From positions 1-61,034 of IMG/VR virus record IMGVR_UViG_3300035540_000034: DNA of 61,034 nt, one strand, 5' to 3'. Source of the DNA: a virus. Positions 53,121-61,034 of the stretch are shown here, in pieces. The position numbers were made by a program, and so were the translations under genes. The notes under the pieces were generated by a model. The model was given only the letters and a program-made list of their open reading frames with translations, ran no database searches and had not been told where the DNA came from. Within the stretch, counting starts at the first letter, position 1. Each line of letters opens with the position of its first letter.

Positions 53121-54515
53121 ATGAGTAATGGAAAACTAACTGAAGAACAAGTTAAGAGAGCTACTGCTATAGTAGACTACTTAGAAGAATTTCATGATAT
53201 ACCTAGAGATAAGGCCGCTGCTATTGTTGGTAACTTTCACGTAGAAACAGGCGGTACTTTTGATCCTGAAACAATAAACCCCAATGACAATGGGAAAGCT
53301 GCTTATGGTCTTGCTCAATGGAGAGGCAGTAGGGCTAAAAAATTAAAAGATTTTCTTAAAAGCAATTCTCAGGTTGACCCAGACAAGATGAAATTTGTTG
53401 AGCATGTTTTTGGCAATAAAAGCGCATTAGCGACTACTCAATTAGATTTTTTGGTACATGAACTTAAGGGTAGTGAGTCTAAAGCTTATCGCGAGCTTAA
53501 TGCTGCAAAAGGAGTTAAAGATTCTGCAAAAATCTTTAATGAGAAATTTGAAAGATCTGCCGATAAATCTAACAAGAGACCAGACTTGGCTGAAGCTTAT
53601 TATAGTATTGTTGGGGAAAGAGAAAATTCTTATAAGCCATACTTTGGAGATAAGGCCATAGAAGAACACTATAAGTATCTTAGATTTGTCGAAAAGGCAA
53701 AGAGAAACGGTATCCCTATAGTAAAAGTTAAAACAGGATTAACAGGCAAATATGGGGAAGATGTTGTTAAAGAAATGCCTATGAGTTTGGTACAAGAAAA
53801 ACTTATAGACAAAACGCTTGATTATGACGACATCAAGACACCTGTAACAACCGAAAGTAACGACTCGCCTGAAGACAATATAGACATTGCAGATGAGGAG
53901 ACGGTAGAAGATCTTATAGATTGGGATGATCTGAAACCTATTAAAGATAGTCTAATTAAGAGCTGGATGCCTAAGTTAAAGTCAGTATTAGCACAGAATG
54001 AAGCTAATATGTATTTAGCTGCCATGGGTAACCAGACTGCTATTCAAGGTATACATGATAATAACAAAACTATTAAAGCTCTTCTTTCTAACATAGAATC
54101 TTTAGGTGGAATGAACCCTGACAATCCTGACTATGCAACAGCACAGGAAGCCTATGACAGAATTAAGATTATGGGAATGTCTCCTACTGAACAGGGTATC
54201 TATTTACAAGAGCTAAAGAATAAAGGTTTTGAGATGCAAGGTCTTGCTCAAGCTATACCTAGCTTATTTACTACTCTCTCAGCTACAATCAGAGGCAAGC
54301 AAGAGCTTAAGAACAGCATTATTAAACAGTTTGAGGGTGACGAAAACACTCACCAACGCAACCAACAAGTTCAGAGTATCAACAAAGAGATACAAGAGCT
54401 TACCAATCAGAGATCTCTTTTATATAACATTCTTAAGAATAAACTTATTGATTCTGACTCTACTGAAGAAGAGAACCAGATGAATCCACTTATGGCGATG
54501 TTGCTTAAACAATAA
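53121..54515 (+). CDS. Virion-associated peptidoglycan hydrolase (phage tail lysozyme-type N-domain, 464 aa)
   Basis: AAIVGNFHVETGGTFDP....GKAAYGLAQWRGSR matches the tail-lysozyme signature (G N...E(S/T)GG ... G..QW). Confidence 0.65.
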   Translation: MSNGKLTEEQVKRATAIVDYLEEFHDIPRDKAAAIVGNFHVETGGTFDPETINPNDNGKAAYGLAQWRGSRAKKLKDFLKSNSQVDPDKMKFVEHVFGNKSALATTQLDFLVHELKGSESKAYRELNAAKGVKDSAKIFNEKFERSADKSNKRPDLAEAYYSIVGERENSYKPYFGDKAIEEHYKYLRFVEKAKRNGIPIVKVKTGLTGKYGEDVVKEMPMSLVQEKLIDKTLDYDDIKTPVTTESNDSPEDNIDIADEETVEDLIDWDDLKPIKDSLIKSWMPKLKSVLAQNEANMYLAAMGNQTAIQGIHDNNKTIKALLSNIESLGGMNPDNPDYATAQEAYDRIKIMGMSPTEQGIYLQELKNKGFEMQGLAQAIPSLFTTLSATIRGKQELKNSIIKQFEGDENTHQRNQQVQSINKEIQELTNQRSLLYNILKNKLIDSDSTEEENQMNPLMAMLLKQ

Positions 54516-54530
54516 TAAAGGATATACAAC

Positions 54531-57500
54531 ATGTCTTCAATTGGAACTAGTACATTAAACAAAAGTAAATATCAACCAGTATTCACTTCCCAAGAAGATA
54601 CTCAGATATTACATAAGCTAGCAGAACATACAGATAAAAAGTTTCAGGACAATGATGTGCTTAACTCTCTTAGAAAATTTAGAGAGTCTACTCAAGTTAA
54701 GGGTAATACTGGTGCTCAAACATTGCTAGCTGTTCATGAGCATCCCGGTCGTGTATACGGGCTGACAGATAGCAATACTAATGATACTGTTGCTATTTAT
54801 AGAGGACTACAAACAGAAACAGCTGAAATGGCTTTACGTGTATACAAAATACATGGTGAAGACAAGGAAGCTGCTAAGAAAGCAATTGAGTTTATAGATA
54901 ACTCTGCTAAAGATCTATCAGGTTTTAATAGCAACAAAACCAAAGAACAGGGCAGGTTTCAGAACAGATTAGCAGCTTTCTCTGCTTCCAATAAAAACTA
55001 TGCAGCTGGTTATATAGATTACTTTGGTGAACTTGATGGTGGCTGGCATCAAACAAGTTTAGATGCTGGTATAAAGTTGACCACTGATCTAGGTGCAGCG
55101 GTCACACTTGCTAGTCAGAAACCATTACTTGGTAAGGTTGCTGGCTTCATTCTAGGACAACGTGATGAAATGGCTGCTGTTCGTGAAAACTTACAACAGC
55201 ATGAATCTTTCGCCGGACTCTCCAGAGGACAACAACAATTGTGGAATACTGTAGGATTAGGTTTAACTGTTGCAGAGACTTGGGCTACTGGTGGTATAGC
55301 TAAAGGTATTGGTAAAGCTACCATGACTCACTTCATGCTAAACTCTACTGGTGATGCCTTAATGAGCAATGTTGGTTTGGATCGTAAATATATCTCTGGT
55401 GAAAACCCTCATGTTGGTTCCCTAATACAAACAGCTGCTCTTGATTACCTTACTTACAAAGCTACTATGGGAGTAACTGGTATATTAGCAGAGAGTGTTC
55501 CTTCCCTGTCTAGTTCATTCTACAATGGAATGATGACCAACGTCTGGGCTAGTGCAGCTGCTCCAGTAGCAAGACTTGGTACTGATGTTCTCGCTGACAC
55601 TGTTGTCGATTATGCTTTTTATAATGTTGGTGAGAAACTGCTTCCTTTTGAAAATACAGCTCAAACCAAAAGACAATTTGGTAGTGATAGCTCAATAAGT
55701 GGTAACATTGTAAATCGTCTTGGTATGAGGATAGCTGCCAGCTTAACCAAATCTGCCCTTACCAAAAAAGGTATTACCGGTATGAGCCAAACCTATGACT
55801 GGGCTAAGAAGAATTATGGCAGCAAAGGTGTAAATAAACTAGGAGCAAGGATATTTGCCTTAACCAATTCAACTATGCCTTCTCACATTATGGAGATAGA
55901 CTCTCAGCTCAAAAAGCAATATAAGGCGTACAATAATACAGCAGACGCTGTAAAGCCTTATGGTGTTTCTGGTAAACCTTTAGTAAGCAAACAGATGTAT
56001 ACTGCTTATTATATGTCTAAAGAGATGGCGACTAATTCTATCTTCAGAGACCTTGTAGATTATAAATTCAACCCTGATGCAACTAAGATAAATAACTTTT
56101 TAACATCTAAAGATGTATCTCCCTTTAAGGCTGTAAGTAAAAATCTAGCATCCCTTGGTGCTCGTAGTTTCTTCCGCAGTAATTTAAGCTTAACAGATAC
56201 GCCTGATATTACCGACATGATAAAAATTATGCAAGCAACTAACCCTAAGCTAAAATTAGATGCAAGTGATCTTGATAGTGAAGGCGAGAAAGCTCTTATG
56301 GGAGCTTTTACTGAGGATCTTTTTATTAAACTTAGTGAGATATATGATAAGCATAAAGCTGATCCTGAAGTAGCTAGAGATGAAGTAAATAAGTTCTTAG
56401 GTGCTATGGCTAAGAATATTGAGATCACAGGGTTCTCCAATATACCTAAAGGTGTAGCAGAGGATGGTAGTATAGCTCATATTATTAACAGCTCTTCTGC
56501 TGAAGAAGCGTTTAACAAAACAAACTTTACTGACCAAGAAGGTAAAATGGTTATCTTTAATCAAGTTGGAAAGTTCTTTGGTGAGTCAGGTGATGCTGAT
56601 AGTAGTGAGAAGCTTGCTGTTGAGGTTGATCCTGAAACTTCTTTAGAGTTCTTTAGATGGGCTGAAGATATCAGAACAACCCAACCAGTGCTTGTTGTAC
56701 GTAACAGGACAGGTATACACAATACAGAGTTAGCAATGCCTAAAGACTCTCAGTATAGATCTGCTATGAATAGAGCTGTTGAAGATTTTGGTGCACATGT
56801 ATTCAGAAGAGTTTATAATATCAATACACCTGAGGGTATGAAAGAGATCGCTTCTAATGATCCAGATTATGGTAATGAGCTTAACAAAGTTTTAGTAGAT
56901 GTTAAGCGTAAAATGGAGAACCTAAAAAGAGTTTCTAAACTACAAGCTCTACCTGATGACAGTGCTGAACTTGTAAAACAATTCATGACTCCTCAGCAGA
57001 TTAAGACCCTTCTTCAGCATGATAACAAACTACTAGATGAATGGAACCATGGTAATAAAGAAGATGTGTTAGAGCAGGTTAGGAAAACTAAAAAGGCTGG
57101 AGATAAAGAAGCTAAGAGATTACAGGCAGTTATTAGTGCTGTAACAGGAGATCTTTCATCCCTGATCAAGGAGCCTAACTTTATTGATTTGAGTGTTGGT
57201 GGTTTTACCGTTGATACCAATAACTTACGGTGGTCTAGCAATCGTATAAACAACACAGATTATGATGGTTTTCGTGAAGTTGCTACGCGGACTGCTCCTA
57301 CCAGAAACCAACAACCTGAAGAGTTTCTAAGTAAACTTCATAAGACTGCTGGTGTTCTGTTAAAGAACTATACTGACAAGTTGGTTTCAGAAGCTAATGG
57401 AACAGGACGCTATCAGGACGAAGGTGGACGTAGTGCTGAAGTAATGAGATTGCTGGTTAAGACTGGAATGTTGGTTGAAGCAGTAGGTAACAGGATTGAT

Positions 57501-60500
57501 ACCGAAGTCCTTGAATATTCGCAAAAACAATTTGAGAACAATCAGGAAGCTATTTCTAAACATACAGATTTGCAAAAGCTAGTTGATGCTCCTGGTTTTA
57601 GATATATAGCTCAGCTTAACAAAAAGACTGGTGAGGATAACAGTGAAGTTGCTACTATAGCTATGTTCAACCTACTTGAAATACCTTACAATATCGGTAA
57701 GGTACGTCAGCAGGTGGTTCCTGTTTTAAATCAGATTGGTGTAGACAAAAAGGGATCTACCTTCTTTGCCATGCTTGCTAGCCTTGATGATAAAGAAGAT
57801 AGTTCTGCTGAAGTCAGAGCTGCTATGAGAGCAACTAATTCTGGACTTAACCCTTATAAGAAGATGACGGTTAGAGTCAATGGAGAAGACATTACTCTTA
57901 ATAATGGTGAGTATGGTCTTAATGAAATAGAGCATATTCGTTACCATGAGAAACACAAATCTACCCCTGTAAGCCCTGAAGAAAAGAAAGGTATGTTGAG
58001 AAGGGGTTTAGCTTTAGCTGCTCAAAAGCTAGCAGATATTGAGTATCATAGAGAGATGGCTAATAACAATCCTACTACTAAGAATGATATGGACAATATC
58101 AGAAAGACAGTAGAATCAAAAGTCAAAGCCATCCTTAATGATGATATCGATAATGATATAGTTGTTGACCTTAAGTTACGACAAGAGGAAAACTCTAACC
58201 CAAGAGCAATTAACAAGAAGCCCTTTGTGGTAGAGTCTATAAAGGTAGATGAAGCAACTAGTAAGCAAACAGTAGCTTTTGACAGAGTCTATAATACTTC
58301 CTTCAAAGTGCTGCGTTCCAACGAAGCAGCAGCTGGTGGTAGTGTTGTTACAGATAGAGCAGCTAGGACTGAATTTGAGATTAAGAAGACTATTAAAGAT
58401 GAAGATGGTAACGAGATAGATAATGCTGCTATTATAACAGATTTCAAAGAAACAAATGACCTACTTATTAAAGCTATAAAGGATACTGGTATCAATGTTA
58501 GTACAATGGTAAGAACCATTATGGCTAAACAAAGAGCTATATCGGATCCGAAGAATCTTGAGAAAGATACTGCTGATGCTATAAATTCTGTACTCAAGAA
58601 ATATGCTGGCAACTTCATGGACAAGCTCTCTACTGAAGAACAACAACGTGACTTTGCTTACCAGCTGATGAGACGTGAAAAGTTTCTATCTAACCTCAGA
58701 CAGAAGCTAGATCTGACTGTAAAAGATTTAGGTTTAGGTGGTAGGGTAGATACTAGTTTTATGTTGGAGAAAAGTGAAGTTTATCTTAGTAACGATAACT
58801 ATAGTGTTATTGACCTGTCTCTACCAAAACAGTTAGGCAAGAACATAACCGCCAGTGATTTCTTTGAAAGAATGAAAGACAAAGGCCTACGTATAGTAGG
58901 TATGGTAGGTAATGGATCTAAGTTATTAGTTGTGGATACTCCTGCTAGTGGCAGAAATTTAACTAGCAGAGAACAGGTCAAGATCAGGAAAACTCTTAAA
59001 GATATAAGTCATTCATATAAAGATCTCTACAAAGATGCTCCAGACGAAGTTAAGGAGTCTAGTCGAAACTATCAGCTATTAAAAGATGATGAAATCGACA
59101 GTTTGTTAAAGCAAGCTATAGAGAAACAAGGTGCAGAAGATGTTCCCAACAAGGGTAACACTCGTAAAAGCTTCTATAATACAATTGTTAGAAAACTGTT
59201 AGATAACCTTAAGGCTAAAGTTGAGAATGAAAAGATAGGCGATAAAACAGTTAAGCAGGTGTTAGAAGAAGTCCACAATAAAGATGGTGGCGACCTTAAT
59301 CGTGAAGCGGCTAGCACTAAAAGAAGATTTACAGCAGCTCTTGAGGAAGTCAATAAACGATTCAGTCAGCTCAAAGATATTGTCAATAATAATCAAGACG
59401 AGATGGACAGTGAGACTCGTCAGAAGTATACTGATCTTCTCAATGCATACAGAACAGTGTCTGCACTTTCCAAAAATGCAGCAAACGATATGGATGAACT
59501 GTTTAACCTTAAAGAGAAGCTTGGAGAAGCTAAGGCTAAGAAAGAAGAGTTTAAAAGACATATAGAAAGCCTGAAGAAAAGTAAAACCCAAGAGGTTAAT
59601 GACATAGTCCATGATAGTTATATTAGGGTTCTTAATGAGCTAGAGGGGCTAGCTGATAAAGAGATAACTGAAGCTGAAGCTAGAAAGTCTCCTCACATCG
59701 CTCTTGATATAGAAAAGAAACTAGATGTAGTCAAGAACATTGATGAGAATATAGACAAGCTTGGTAAGCTTAAAGATCCAGTTAAAATAGAAGAGATGTT
59801 CTGGAGATATGTAGTCTATGGCTCTAAGGCTTACACTACTTCTGCTAAAGATATAGCAAAGTATACCAGTCTTATGACTACTGGTAAGTTTACTTCTGAA
59901 CAAGCAGACAAAATTATAAAACAAATGAACCAAGCTGGCACTCGTAAGATTAGATTTGCTATTGTTAAGTCTAATGAGATCGATGGTGTTCCTTTAAATG
60001 ATGGTACAACTGGAGTAGCTGGTAGTTTCTTTAGAACTATGTCAGGTCTGTTTGGCAAGCAGATGACCAAGCTAGCTTACAATGATAGTTCTACTTCTCT
60101 TAAAATGAAGACAACTTCTTCAGAGGCCTTTATTGGTAAAACCCTAGGGTATGACAAAGATGGTAACAAAATTGTTATCAACAAGAATCCTACCAACAAC
60201 AACGAGCTTGATTCTGAAAATACTTTTGTGCTTACTACTGATACTATTAAACAGATAGGCCCAGAGTTCTTGAAGTTAATTGGTATTACAGATAAAGACC
60301 TTACGGGTGAGGCTAATGTTGTGTTGACTTCTGATATAAGTATAACTGGTAACAGCAATGGTAGAAAGAAATTCAAAACATTTCTATCTAACCTTGGTAT
60401 GCAGATAGATTCTCATTCATCAGCAAGAGATCTCAAAACTGGTAACCAAGGGCCATTGATGAGTGAGGTGGTAGCTAAGATGAACCAAGCCTTACTTGAT

Positions 60501-61034
60501 GGTGATAACACTCAACTCAACAAAGCTGTTGCTGTGTATAGTGAGACTCATGAAAGTATCAGGAAAGCCAACAATACTCTCAACAAACGTATTACTGACC
60601 AGTCGGAACGTGAAGGTATTTATATAGATTTAGCTAAAACCTTTAACACACCGCTTGATACCAGTAAAGGTGATTATGAGATTACCTCTAAAGAAAATAT
60701 TAGAGAAGACTTTAGAGGAGAAGCCTCCGATAGTGTTATACCGAAAGTTGCTATGTCTCAAGAGAAGCTAATCGATTTTGCTAGAGCTCATATTAACAAG
60801 TTAACAAAAGATAAGAAAAATGTAAGCAAAGAAATCTATGAGATTGTTAAAGGGTTTTATGATAATCCTAAAGTGCAACTCGATAACAGTAGTATAGAGA
60901 AGGTTCTAAGTTATCTAGTTAAAGAGGAACTGATAGCTGCGGTTGAAGGAAATAAAAGCAGCAAGACTCATTACATAGTCAATCTTGCTCGTACACCTGT
61001 ACAAAAGCAAGGCCAAGATGGATTGTTTATCCTT
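54531..61034 (+). CDS. 5' segment (2,168 codons) of the 2,923-aa giant protein; the ORF runs off the window end and continues at 128..2395
   Basis: ATG 54531 lies 8 nt after AAAGGA and after two in-frame TAA codons. I translated most of 54531..61034 codon by codon (all of 56460..61034) and met no stop. Absent from the ORF track because there is no stop in the window. Confidence 0.85.
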   Translation, partial: MSSIGTSTLNKSKYQPVFTSQEDTQILHKLAEHTDKKFQDNDVLNSLRKFRESTQVKGNTGAQTLLAVHEHPGRVYGLTDSNTNDTVAIYRGLQTETAEMALRVYKIHGEDKEAAKKAIEFIDNSAKDLSGFNSNKTKEQGRFQNRLAAFSASNKNYAAGYIDYFGELDGGWHQTSLDAGIKLTTDLGAAVTLASQKPLLGKVAGFILGQRDEMAAVRENLQQHESFAGLSRGQQQLWNTVGLGLTVAETWATGGIAKGIGKATMTHFMLNSTGDALMSNVGLDRKYISGENPHVGSLIQTAALDYLTYKATMGVTGILAESVPSLSSSFYNGMMTNVWASAAAPVARLGTDVLADTVVDYAFYNVGEKLLPFENTAQTKRQFGSDSSISGNIVNRLGMRIAASLTKSALTKKGITGMSQTYDWAKKNYGSKGVNKLGARIFALTNSTMPSHIMEIDSQLKKQYKAYNNTADAVKPYGVSGKPLVSKQMYTAYYMSKEMATNSIFRDLVDYKFNPDATKINNFLTSKDVSPFKAVSKNLASLGARSFFRSNLSLTDTPDITDMIKIMQATNPKLKLDASDLDSEGEKALMGAFTEDLFIKLSEIYDKHKADPEVARDEVNKFLGAMAKNIEITGFSNIPKGVAEDGSIAHIINSSSAEEAFNKTNFTDQEGKMVIFNQVGKFFGESGDADSSEKLAVEVDPETSLEFFRWAEDIRTTQPVLVVRNRTGIHNTELAMPKDSQYRSAMNRAVEDFGAHVFRRVYNINTPEGMKEIASNDPDYGNELNKVLVDVKRKMENLKRVSKLQALPDDSAELVKQFMTPQQIKTLLQHDNKLLDEWNHGNKEDVLEQVRKTKKAGDKEAKRLQAVISAVTGDLSSLIKEPNFIDLSVGGFTVDTNNLRWSSNRINNTDYDGFREVATRTAPTRNQQPEEFLSKLHKTAGVLLKNYTDKLVSEANGTGRYQDEGGRSAEVMRLLVKTGMLVEAVGNRIDTEVLEYSQKQFENNQEAISKHTDLQKLVDAPGFRYIAQLNKKTGEDNSEVATIAMFNLLEIPYNIGKVRQQVVPVLNQIGVDKKGSTFFAMLASLDDKEDSSAEVRAAMRATNSGLNPYKKMTVRVNGEDITLNNGEYGLNEIEHIRYHEKHKSTPVSPEEKKGMLRRGLALAAQKLADIEYHREMANNNPTTKNDMDNIRKTVESKVKAILNDDIDNDIVVDLKLRQEENSNPRAINKKPFVVESIKVDEATSKQTVAFDRVYNTSFKVLRSNEAAAGGSVVTDRAARTEFEIKKTIKDEDGNEIDNAAIITDFKETNDLLIKAIKDTGINVSTMVRTIMAKQRAISDPKNLEKDTADAINSVLKKYAGNFMDKLSTEEQQRDFAYQLMRREKFLSNLRQKLDLTVKDLGLGGRVDTSFMLEKSEVYLSNDNYSVIDLSLPKQLGKNITASDFFERMKDKGLRIVGMVGNGSKLLVVDTPASGRNLTSREQVKIRKTLKDISHSYKDLYKDAPDEVKESSRNYQLLKDDEIDSLLKQAIEKQGAEDVPNKGNTRKSFYNTIVRKLLDNLKAKVENEKIGDKTVKQVLEEVHNKDGGDLNREAASTKRRFTAALEEVNKRFSQLKDIVNNNQDEMDSETRQKYTDLLNAYRTVSALSKNAANDMDELFNLKEKLGEAKAKKEEFKRHIESLKKSKTQEVNDIVHDSYIRVLNELEGLADKEITEAEARKSPHIALDIEKKLDVVKNIDENIDKLGKLKDPVKIEEMFWRYVVYGSKAYTTSAKDIAKYTSLMTTGKFTSEQADKIIKQMNQAGTRKIRFAIVKSNEIDGVPLNDGTTGVAGSFFRTMSGLFGKQMTKLAYNDSSTSLKMKTTSSEAFIGKTLGYDKDGNKIVINKNPTNNNELDSENTFVLTTDTIKQIGPEFLKLIGITDKDLTGEANVVLTSDISITGNSNGRKKFKTFLSNLGMQIDSHSSARDLKTGNQGPLMSEVVAKMNQALLDGDNTQLNKAVAVYSETHESIRKANNTLNKRITDQSEREGIYIDLAKTFNTPLDTSKGDYEITSKENIREDFRGEASDSVIPKVAMSQEKLIDFARAHINKLTKDKKNVSKEIYEIVKGFYDNPKVQLDNSSIEKVLSYLVKEELIAAVEGNKSSKTHYIVNLARTPVQKQGQDGLFIL
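60908..61034. repeat. Terminal direct repeat, copy 2 (identical to 1..127)
   Basis: See copy 1. Confidence 0.95.

Noticed and set aside
1-61034. Stop-codon reassignment (TAG or TGA recoding), as seen in some crAss-like and other gut phages
   Set aside because: All large genes, including the 2,923-codon ORF, are intact under the standard code, and gene ends coincide with coupled starts. No recoding is needed.
54531-61034. Giant protein as a T7/N4-type single-subunit RNA polymerase
   Set aside because: The only polymerase signature I could read is the beta-prime-type ADFDGDQ barrel motif, which belongs to the two-barrel (multisubunit-like) class. I saw no T7-like palm motifs, though this needs a profile search.

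Overview
The window is a complete, circularly closed genome of a low-GC tailed dsDNA phage. The first 127 nt are identical to the last 127 nt, giving a unique length of 60,907 bp. Most starts carry strong Shine-Dalgarno sites. The genes form two divergent blocks. The minus-strand early, replication and lysogeny block runs from 31584 down to 8106. It holds an Hjc-like nuclease, tRNA-Met(CAT), MazG, many small ORFs, a Zn-finger cluster, and a MoxR AAA+ / vWA-metallopeptidase / DUF3150-like cluster with embedded tandem paralog families. It also holds a large serine integrase with a divergent XRE repressor, a Sak4-like ATPase, an SSB-like protein, an AEP primase-helicase and a 3'-5' exonuclease. 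The plus-strand late block runs from 32531 through the window junction to 8069. It holds a Zn-ribbon metallophosphoesterase, terminase, portal, scaffold, capsid, tail and fibre genes, a GroES-like gene, very large cargo proteins and a lysis cassette. The blocks converge on a bidirectional terminator (8071-8104) and diverge from a non-coding region of about 0.95 kb. Three things stand out. (1) A 152-nt strand-specific quasi-palindrome (31898-32049) lies between the divergent promoters; every non-Watson-Crick opposition but one is a tandem G.A step. (2) An ORF missing from the ORF track runs from 54531 off the window end to 2395. It encodes a 2,923-aa protein carrying the exact multisubunit-RNAP beta-prime signature ADFDGDQ, and it sits among tail and ejection genes of a phage that also carries a lysogeny module. 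(3) A MoxR/vWA/DUF3150-like locus is interleaved with two tandemly duplicated gene families. I saw no rRNA, CRISPR array or transposase. All functional calls come from motifs read by eye and need profile or structure searches.
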